This document shows, in pieces, positions 54,049 through 64,000 of a stretch of 64,000 bases of DNA. The DNA is taken from positions 10,478,001 to 10,542,000 of the forward strand of contig OX597820.1 in assembly GCA_951406725.2 (NCBI GenBank). The letters run 5' to 3'. The translations under genes and the position numbers were made by a program. The notes below the pieces were generated by a model. It ran no database searches. It worked only from the letters and a program-made list of their open reading frames with translations, and had not been told where the DNA came from. Position 1 is the stretch's first letter. Each line of letters begins with the position of its first letter. Source of the DNA: Octopus vulgaris (taxonomy: Eukaryota).

Positions 54049-55642
54049 CAACGTATATATGTATATATGTGCTTAATTATAAAAAAACAATTGCAAATAT
54101 GTACAAGCATATTTAAGTTCACTCTCAAACATTCACACGCATACACTCACATGCATATACACACTATCTGTCTCTGTCTCGCATACATACATACACACAC
54201 ACACACATACACACAAACACACGCGCACACAGAAATATGTACGCTTGCATGTATAAGTATTCACAAACATATTTAGAAGCAGGCAGTTATTTATGCAAAT
54301 AACTTTACACATATAGCGACTCAAAAATAAATCCTACGTTCAAAATCTTTGTGACTTTACATACACTGCATTTGCGTGTTATGTCTATTTAAATCAACCA
54401 CCAAGAAATTTAGCGTGTACGAAGCGCCATCAGAATGGAAACAACGAAGCAATAACCGAAAGTATTTTATCAATGTTTATAGATATTTCCTCTTAAAATC
54501 TCTCAAGCTGTCATCAGTAATTCACCAAATAGTTTTATTCAGCGAGTGGAAGACAAACACCGCCATTTCTGATGCAATATATCTACTTTTTAATGCCAGT
54601 CGCAAATGCAAATCTTTCAGTGGAACCATCATCTGAAATGTCCAGACGGTCTCAACTGACTCGTATTGAAATCTTAGATAACTGAAAATTCTCTAGATGA
54701 AAGCGAGAAAATTTGCGCTGAAGTTTGCCGCTCAGCGTTGATAGCTTTATTTGTATGTGGAATAACGATTTGCGTTTTATATATTTAGTTGCCAGCTTGT
54801 CATTTGTCACCATAATTTTTCTTCTGATCAGTGCACCAAAACACATGCTACGTATCTCTTTGACATTCGGCTAGCCAATTACGTGCAGTACATTTATCTC
54901 CGTTTATCACGGCTGTTTCATTCAATCAGTGATAAATGAGTCGCCTTCATTCACGTTTTTAATTGAACGAATAGTAGATTTATTGTCAACAAACTTGCGT
55001 CAAGCATTTTCTTGATATTCTTTTAACGTTTCCTAGATAAAATACACACGTCTGCGCCGTTTGTTAGGAACAGGCACCTATTTTCTGCTCACTGGTCCCA
55101 TGATGGTGCGTATGAGTTTATAAATTTCTATAAGAAAATACGCAGCCTCGCTGTAGGGTAACATAAACGCAAGAGATAGTGAATACATTTTGGATAGCCG
55201 AGCATTTTGGGTGTGACTTTCCTGTACTACCAGAATCTTCCGTAAATCGTATATCCGTGTCGTCGCTGACACAACAATACGTTTATTTTTATCAAGTGGT
55301 ACCGTACCACCTACAAGTTTCAGTATCTATGCTGCCAAAATGTAATTATTTCTACTCTAGGCAAAAGGCCTCCGAAACTTTATGGGAAAGGGGCTAGTCG
55401 ATAATACCGGTCCTAGTGCATAACTGTTACTTATTTCATCGATCTCGGAAGGATGAACGGCAAAGTCCACCTCGGCGGAATGTACCGAAATATAATTGTT
55501 AACCGAAACTCGAAAACTTTAATTACATTTGAACTATGGTAAGCTGTACAAAATGGCATATACAAGATGTGTAAAAAAATTTCTCAAACAAAACCAAATA
55601 TTTTATATCGGAAAGCCATCAAATTCAAACTGTTGTCTACGT

Positions 55643-55895
55643 CAGTGCTTCTCAAACTATCTGATGTGGCATACCGACAGTTTTTTACCAATGTGCCAGG
55701 GACCGGTAATATTTCTTAGTAACGTTAATTTATACCGGAAACAATATATATAACGAATATAATAAAAGTTGACAATTTTTTATCTTTTATTTTATCAACA
55801 AATAATACAATATTACATAAGTATTTTATAAGCATTTTATAATGTTTCTTTCTTTTCTGGAAACTGGCCGCGGACCACCACTCTGAGTAGCACTG
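55643..55895. mobile_element. hAT-type MITE
   Basis: TIRs CAGTGCTTCTCA / TGAGTAGCACTG; 8-bp TSD GTCTACGT / GTCTACGG. Confidence 0.8.
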
Positions 55896-55929
55896 GTCTA
55901 CGGAATAAAGCAATTTTATATATTATAAT

Positions 55930-56116
55930 TCATTTGTTTCAGTCATTTGACTGCGGCCATGCTGGCGCGTTGCCTTGAAGCGTTTTTGTCGAACAAATCG
56001 ACCCTAGGACTTCATTTTTCGCACCTAGTACTTATTCTACTAGTCACGTTTTGCCATACCGCTAAGTTACGTGGAAGTAATTGGTGGTGTGGGACAAACA
56101 GATATTGAGACTAACA

Positions 56117-56165
<49 letters not shown>

Positions 56166-56303
56166 GTTGGGCTTTTTAAGTTTCCTTCTGGTTGGCTCGA
56201 GAATATAGTAAAAGACACATACAAAAGGTGACATGCAGTGGGACCGAACTCGGCACCATTTTGTTGAGAAGCAAGCTTCTTACCACATAGCCAAGCCTGC
56301 GCC
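55930..56303 (-). mobile_element. SINE family A, diverged
   Basis: Reverse-complement match. Confidence 0.72.
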
Positions 56304-56824
56304 TAACTGTATGTATTTTAATAATGGAGAGGCCAAATAACAGATGATACAACTGTTGCGCAAATTCTAAACGATATCTAGTAAGACTTCAAAAATTAAT
56401 TAAAACAATAACATGATATCTAAGAAGAATGTAATGGAATGAGATACTGGAATATTTCTGATCCAAATGGAAAAAACAAAATTGTGAATGACACAATTCT
56501 TAAAAATGGTCTAGAATGATATATGTCAAAAATAATGGTAAACGAATATTCAAAAGAAGATCGATAAATTTCGCGGATGCTTCGCCTGTTGTGCTTCACA
56601 AATATAAATAGCTTTTTTTTCATGTTTATGGGCCTCGAAGTGACAGCGGAGACGAACGAATTTGGTCTCTGTTAACCACTCCGCGCACACAAGCACGGAC
56701 ATTGTGCGTGTGCGTGTATATATATATATATATATGTGTGTGTGTATGTGTGTGTTTGCGTGTGTATGTGTGTGTATGTGTATGTGTGTGTGTATATGCA
56801 GACATTTATTTAAATATATATATA

Positions 56825-56879
<55 letters not shown>

Positions 56880-56946
56880 CGTATGTGCTTATGTATATGT
56901 ATGTGTGTGTATGCATGTAGGTATGTATGTATGTATATATGTATGC

Positions 56947-56997
<51 letters not shown>

Positions 56998-57020
56998 GTA
57001 CGTGTGTGCTTGTGTGTGTG

Positions 57021-57095
<75 letters not shown>

Positions 57096-57149
57096 TTTAT
57101 TACACATATGTATTCTTGATCATATATACACGTTCGGATACACACAATG

Positions 57150-57945
57150 AGGAAGACCGGCCACTAAAACAACTCTTTTGGTCATATTTTTACTGAACCC
57201 CCACACCCATATTACAGAAGACCATTACCGCCAAAATGTATCCATTTATGGCACAGTACATGCATCCATACATAGAACAGCACATCTGCTAGCTTTACAA
57301 GCAGCGCAGCTCAGCCTGCAAACGTCGCTGCCTTTTTAACTACTCCGCCTTTTTGTTTTGTTTTTTATATTATCATTTTTGCTTTTGTTTTTTGATAGCT
57401 TGCCAAAGAATTTTCTGTTATCTACAGAAACAACATTTCTCACCCTAGATGACTCCGTGTGTTCTATATTTGCTGACCCATTCTATCGAACTCCACATTG
57501 CACTAAATTCGACATCCCTCACCACCCAAGTTCCTTCTTTGCGCGCCAGTTTGCTTCCTACGCTGAAGAAGCAGATCCAGTCACTACCAATCAATAAACC
57601 TAAATATTCTGAAAAAAAAATTCTTCGATTAAACCCAAAACGTACACTCCAAATCGAACCCTATCCGACCAAAATACTTCAGTGATTTCAAATTTGCTGT
57701 ATCGTATCCAACGTCCCAAAGAAGTCCACCTTTGACTCCTTTTAAATGGCTGTTTATCACACTCACTTGAAACATCAAAAAGGAGATGTGAAACGCTTTA
57801 TGTCCATGTCCTCCTGAGTGACCCCTTATACTCATACAATAAAGCCAGACCTAAAGTTTTCCAGTGGTCTTTTGCCAAAGACCTATTTATCTTTATGTTA
57901 GGAAGACCCAAGTCTAAACAGAACATTCAATCCTCCACTGACAGA
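57150..57945 (+). mobile_element. Possible highly decayed Penelope-like coding fragment
   Basis: FYRTPH...HHP resembles the RT-thumb motif YRKPT...HHP, and ...RPSLNR-like sequence near 57900-57925 resembles a GIY-YIG end. It abuts sequence homologous to the HHR-half hairpin at 61875-61935. Confidence 0.3.
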
Positions 57946-58020
57946 TGTTGCCAAATTTTTAATTAATAAAATATTATTTATTAATTATATCTCTATTTTC
58001 TTATCTTCCTATATATATAA

Positions 58021-58063
<43 letters not shown>

Positions 58064-60204
58064 TGTATGACGGGCTTCTTTCAGTTTCTGCCTAGCATTT
58101 CCACTCACAAAGCTTTGTTCGGCCCAAGGCTATATTAGAAGACAGTTGCCCAATGTGCAAATCAGTGGTACCGAACGCGAAACCATGCGGTTGGGAAGCA
58201 GACTTCTTACCAAACACACACTTCTACGTCTATTTGTGGAAAATGTTGAAATATTTTGTTCTGAAAGATGTTCTTCTTGAAAATATAAACCTGTTCGTAT
58301 TAAACTTTTGTATGCTTCCGTTTGGGAAAGTAAAAGAAACAGCACATGACTTTCTTGAAGAGCATGGAATATGAGAATAGAAATAACAATATAGAAAATA
58401 AAGACATGTTTGGGGAGAGAATAGCAGAAGTAATATGGCGATATTATTGGAGCGGAGTGGATGGAGGTTTTCAAGTGGAATCTTTCACCACCACAAAAAG
58501 GCGTCATTGACAGGCAAACTAGGAACCCGATGTAAGACTTGCATGTCATTGGAAAAAGATATCGAAAATACTATTGTAAAATAACACATCCACCAGAAAG
58601 ACATGACCAGTACGCTGTATAAGGGGCCATTCCTGCTTCAGACCCTCTTTAGTCCTCGACAACATGGAACCAAAGCTTTAAAAACCAGCTCCCATATTGA
58701 GCTTCATAATCACCAATGATTTGATCTCTCCTGGATCTCTCACATACATTTTCAGGGGTAAAATATACTTCAGCTGATGAAGTGCGTACATGAGTACTAG
58801 CAACAGGCAACTTTCTTTGTTGTCTGTCACTAATACAGCCGTCACTGCTACTCAGAATCCGTTTTTTCCTTTATCGGATAATGAGGATTATAAGACTCGC
58901 GTCCACCTTTCCATTGAAATGAACGGAAGAGTGGGAAAATTATTTAGAGGATGAAAGGCAAAGTCGACCTCAGCGGCATTTGAGCTCAGAACGTAAAGAC
59001 GGACGAGATACAGCTAAGCATATTGCTCCGTGAGATAAATATTCTTATTTCTTTATTGCCCACAAGGGACTAAACACAGAGGAGACAAACAAGGACAGAC
59101 AAAGGGCTTAAGTCGATTACATAGACCCCAGTGCGTAACTGGTATTTATTTAATCGACCCCGAAAGGATGAACGCAAAGTCAATCTCGGCGGAATTTGAA
59201 CTCAGAACGTAGCGGCAGACGAAATACCGTTAAGCATTTCGCCCTGCGCGCTAACGATTCTGCCACCTCGTCGCCCAAGTCGAACCCACCTCTATGGATT
59301 CCAATGTACTCTTGTGATAGGAATAGAAATACAAATATATGTTTAAATGTCACTTTAGATGTTTGCAACATGGATTAATCTAACAATAAACAATCAGATT
59401 AGCGACAAAACTAAAACAAATCAACAGCTGATATTCTTTTTTTTCTCTGTCTCCTAGTGTTCTTCTTTTTCTTCGACTTCTTCTTCATTGGCTTTAGAGA
59501 AAACGAACAAAGCCGCAGAGCACTCCACTTTTAATATAACGCGTAGGAAAGATGGAGGACGGTAGCAAAAGGACAAAGGAAGTAAAAAAGATGATGGAAA
59601 TGATAGATATGTTAAGGCGATGTGGATGGGATTGTGGGAAGGAGATTAGAATGAGGTTGAGCACACTTTATCACGATAATGCTAATCTTGCTACCGGTGC
59701 TGCTGCTGCTGCGGCTGTTGATGATGATGAATACGTAATAGTAATGATGATGATGATGATGATGATGATGAAGTACGTAAACGGAAAGCAATGCGGAGGC
59801 GGATGTGCATAATGAAAAAAAATAAAGAGTTATAACAAAAAGACGAAAGGAAAAAAAAGAAAGAAAGCGTTATATAAAGATATAAAGATACATAAATAAA
59901 GATATATATATATAAATATAAATATAAATATATAAAGATGCATATATAAAGATATAAAGAGGCATGAATAAATTTATATATAAATAAATATAAAAATATA
60001 AAGATGCATAAAGTTATATAAAGATTATAAAGATGAAGAAGAAGAATAAAAAAACAAGCGAAGCAAATTAAATAGAAATAAATGCATAGTAAACAGAAAT
60101 GAAAACAAAACTGAAGTAGGTTGGCGGGCGGGGAGAGAGTAAAAATAAAAGACAGGAAGATGTAGTAGCATACATCTTATCCTCTTCCTCAACCTCCTGA
60201 TTCT

Positions 60205-60428
60205 CTTCATCATCACCATCATAGACACAATCGTCGTCGTCGTCGTCTACTCCTTCCTCCTACTCACCGACATCGTCATCATTACCGCCGTTGTCAATGT
60301 CGTCATTGTCACCACCACCACCACCACCACCACCACCACCATCACCATCATCCTCATCATCATCATCATCATCATCCTCATCGAATATTATCACCATTAT
60401 CGTAATCGTCATCATGATTGCTATCATT

Positions 60429-60468
<40 letters not shown>

Positions 60469-60478
60469 ATATTATCAC

Positions 60479-60520
<42 letters not shown>

Positions 60521-60910
60521 TGAATATTATCACCATTATCATCATCGTCATCATGATCGCTATCATTATCATCATCATCATCGTCATCATATCATCATTA
60601 TGATCATCTACCATCGTCATCATCATCATCATCACCATCATGCTCCACCGTCATCATCATCGTCATCGTCTACCACCATAATCATCATCAATATCATCAT
60701 CAGCAGCATCATTATCCATCACCATCGTCATCATCTACCATCATCACCATCATCATCATCATCATCATCATCGTCGTCGTCGTCATCATCGTCATCATCG
60801 TCATCATCTACGATCATTATCATCATCATCATCATCGTCATCCTCCTCCTCCTCATCATCATCATCGTCATCATCATCATCGTCATCGTCGTCATCGTCA
60901 TCAACATCAA
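60205..60910. repeat. Degenerate (CAT)n/(CAC)n/(CGT)n trinucleotide array
   Basis: Direct reading. Confidence 0.95.
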
Positions 60911-61430
60911 TAATATTTTCAGTAGTCGTTATAAGGAAAGTAAAACGATAGTCCTTCCAACCATTGAGTATTGTTTGGCTTCACAAGAACTTTAACATTG
61001 CTAACAAAATTCCACTTGAAAGCCTCCCCCTCCCACTCCTCTCCAATAATATCCGCCATATTACTTCTGTTATTCTCTCCCCAAACATGTCTTTATTTTC
61101 TATATTGTTATTTCTATTCTCATATTCCATGCTCTTCAAGAAAAACGACATGTGCTGTTTCTTTTACTTTCCCAAACGGAAGCATGTACAAGTTTGATAC
61201 GAACAGGTTTATATTTTCAAGAAGAACATCTTTCAGAACAAAATATTTCAACATTTTACACAAATAGACGTAGAAGTGTGTGTTTGGTAAGAAGCTTGCT
61301 TCCCAACCGCACGGTTTCGCGTTCGGTACCACTGCTTTGCACATTGAGCAACAGTCTTCTAATATAGTCTTGGGCCGACCAAAGCCTTGTGAGTGGAATT
61401 GCCTGACGGAAACTGAAAGAAGCTCGCCAT

Positions 61431-61475
<45 letters not shown>

Positions 61476-61560
61476 CGTAATTAGGATAAAATCGTTATTT
61501 AATGATTTATCAGTGGCCAGCATACTAAATATACCATAATGGTTAACTTATATCAAACTT

Positions 61561-61787
61561 ATAATAAGCGTGTTGAATGGTTACAACACCAGTCTACTAG
61601 AAATAGACCCCAAAAAGTGTATGAACCACTTAGATTATTACTCCACTCCACAAGGTTTATAAATCCTCACTGTCTACTTTCTTGGCTTACAACCTTTTGT
61701 AGTGTAGTAATAATCTAAGTGCTTCATAGACCTTTTGGGGTCTATTTTTAGCAGACTGGTGTTGTAATCATTCAACACCATTATTAT
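61561..61787. repeat. Imperfect hairpin with arms of about 95 bp (MITE- or fold-back-like)
   Basis: GTGTTGAATGGTTACAACACCAGTCT...CACTTAGATTATTACT versus AGTAATAATCTAAGTG...AGACTGGTGTTGTAATCATTCAACAC. Confidence 0.75.
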
Positions 61788-61874
61788 TATATATATGTGT
61801 ATATATATATATATATATAAAGAAGTTAAGAAAATAGAGAGATAATTAATAAATAATTATTTATTAATTAAAAC

Positions 61875-61935
61875 TTTGACAACATCTCTAACAGTTGTTT
61901 CAGTAATTGAAACAGCTGTCAGAGATGTTGTCAAA
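61875..61935. repeat. Fold-back hairpin made of two inverted 3' halves of a hammerhead (GAAACAGCTGTC)
   Basis: TTTGACAACATCTCTAACAGTTGTTTCA-GTAAT-TGAAACAGCTGTCAGAGATGTTGTCAAA; no CTGANGA half is present. Confidence 0.6.
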
Positions 61936-62153
61936 TTTTATTTTATCTTCTTTAAGTATATAAATATCGCAGTTTATCTAGTTACCTTGCAGTTGAATAT
62001 TAATTGTAACATTCAAAACTTATTGAATAAGTAACTAACCAATATTTTCACTGAAATTTTTCATCTCTTAATGAGGTTTATAATCTTTATTTGAACTTAT
62101 ATATACATATATATATACGCGTGGGTAGTTGTGTATGTGCCTGTGTATGTATG

Positions 62154-62207
<54 letters not shown>

Positions 62208-63124
62208 TATATACATGTGTGTGTTTGTATGCGTATGTGTGCGTGTGGTTGTGTGTGTGTGTGTGTGTGTCTTCGTGCCAGTGCCTGCCACCACCTATCG
62301 CTTCACAATCAGTGCTGGTATATTTGCTCCTGTAACCAAGCGGTTCGACAAAAGTGTCCGATAGAATATATACCATCTTTAAAAAAAAAAAATTCCTATA
62401 GTCGCTTCGCCTGACTAAGCTATTTAAATGTGGGGCTCAAGCATGGCTCCAGTGTAATGAGTGAAATCAATAAAAGATGCATAGTTTTTTTTTTGTTTTC
62501 CTTTTCCACATCCAAGAAATACCGAGTTTGATTATTGATTACCTTTCGTTATTAGCCCGTAAACGTTGGACATCATTAATTGATGCTTCAAAAGATTCTA
62601 CATGGATACAGCCATTATCAAAAGAATGCGAATATTTTACGGAACGTTCTTATAAGATTGTAAATTTTCTTGCGCCAGAGACTAATTATTAGAGTCTTCG
62701 TGCTTATTCAATGTGAAAATTAGAATAAACATTTTTTTCTTAAAGAAAAGAGATATATATCATCTTTCCTTTTCTTCTTTTTTGTTGTACTTTGTACGTT
62801 TGGCGCTTATTTTAATGTAACTCTTTCACGCAATTTAAGGGTTTAAAGATCCGTAACTGAAAACACGTTGCAGAAAATATGCCGGGAATTTCCTAATTGA
62901 AGATAGTGTCATCGATTGAGTTGTTTAGTTTGTTCCTTCTGGAGCCATGCCTTGCTCATAGGGCCGGTTTCCCGGTTTCCTTGGCGTATAGGTTCCCCAC
63001 CTGGACGGGACGCCGGTCGTCGCAGGTGAACTACAAGATGCATAAGGAAAGAGTGAGAGCAAGTTGTGACGAAAGAGTCAGCAGAAGTTCGCCATTACCT
63101 TCTGCCAAAAGATGTGGCATCTTA

Positions 63125-63408
63125 AAGCTGTTCCTGTTATTGTAGGTGCTCTTGGTATTATAAGAAAGGGATGTAAGCTACATCTAGATAATATCCCAGA
63201 AGAACCATGCCTCAGAGAAATCTAAAATGTACCGTTCATATTTTTAGAAAAAACTCTCTCAATTTAAGTGACTGCGTTGTATTACATGAAGATATTTCGC
63301 TACTGCCTTTGCCAAATCCCCATACTGTAACATCTCTTATCCTTCACTCACCGCAGGACGCTGGTTGTGTCTCGCAAGTGATTGTAACAAAGTTGCAGAT
63401 TAAAAATA

Positions 63409-63445
<37 letters not shown>
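63125..63445 (+). mobile_element. R4/Dong-like retrotransposon 3' end ending in (TAA)n
   Basis: PVIVGALGIIRKGCKLHLDNIP..PCLREI*...VHIFRK matches the usual C-terminus of such elements, followed by a 3' UTR and (AAT)n. Confidence 0.72.
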
Positions 63446-63447
<2 letters not shown>

Positions 63448-64000
63448 TAGTTATAATAATAACTAGTTATAAAAGAAGTGAAATAGAATCAATGCATATT
63501 GTTTATTTTTGGCACATTGACCTTCCCATGATATAACAAAATCTGATTCAAAAGAAGAATTCACATAAAAAATTTGCATATCAAATACAAAACGAAGGAT
63601 GTGCTGTTATGCAAAAGATGAATATGTAGAGTGAAGTGAAAACGGAACCCGGTGAAAAGCATATTGGAAGGGTGCCAATAGCTGCAGTGAGGCGAGAAAA
63701 ATGTTATGGCATGACATGAATTAAGCAATGACAATAAAATGATGATAAGAATGCGCCAAGTAGAGTAATGCAGCGAATACAGAATGTTCCCAAGCAAATA
63801 AACTCATAAAAATGCTGAGGTAAGTAGTGAAAGAAACAAGAATTGCTTTGATATGCAATACTTGGGTTGTTGCACTGGAAAAACGAGCTAATTTCGCGGA
63901 TGAAAATAAGAGAAGGCAGTAAGTGAACGGTAAGAAGAAAAGATTTGGCACTCCATCGATTACGACGAAACGTGTCGCAGCTGATGCGATCAACGGAAAA

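Larger units (their letters stand above)
61272..62475 (+). mobile_element. SINE family A split by nested insertions in its microsatellite
   Basis: The head is at 61272-61432 and the tail at about 62270-62475, with two hairpin-containing islands between TA tracts. Confidence 0.62.

Noticed and set aside
58770-58815. CTGATGA with a weak downstream hairpin
   Set aside because: GAAA and the cleavage triplet are not recognisable.
63960-63995. GAAACGTGTC...CTGATGC resembling a permuted hammerhead
   Set aside because: There is no room for stem I, the core is mismatched and stem II does not pair.

Overview
AT-rich, repeat-dense animal genomic DNA, probably intronic or intergenic. The SINE families and the extreme (TA)n/(CA)n/(GAT)n load suggest an octopus or other coleoid cephalopod; this is inferred, not database-checked. 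No intact host protein-coding gene can be supported, and nearly all long ORFs in the track are microsatellite or SINE artefacts. The window holds more than 30 copies or fragments of three SINE families, two non-autonomous Helitrons, a decayed full-length mariner, several hAT and Tc1/mariner MITEs, and CR1-like, R4/Dong-like and probably Penelope-like retroelement fragments. The most notable signal is a set of short, non-coding elements, mostly lodged in or next to (TA)n tracts, that each carry a Penelope-type type I hammerhead ribozyme (HHR). One has an intact core (33611-33701) inside a 587-bp terminally redundant unit with a 5' inversion. At least six unrelated variant or decayed HHRs occur elsewhere. 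One HHR lies downstream of a tRNA-derived Pol III head, suggesting a tRNA-SINE/hammerhead chimera. All coordinates and pairings were read by eye.
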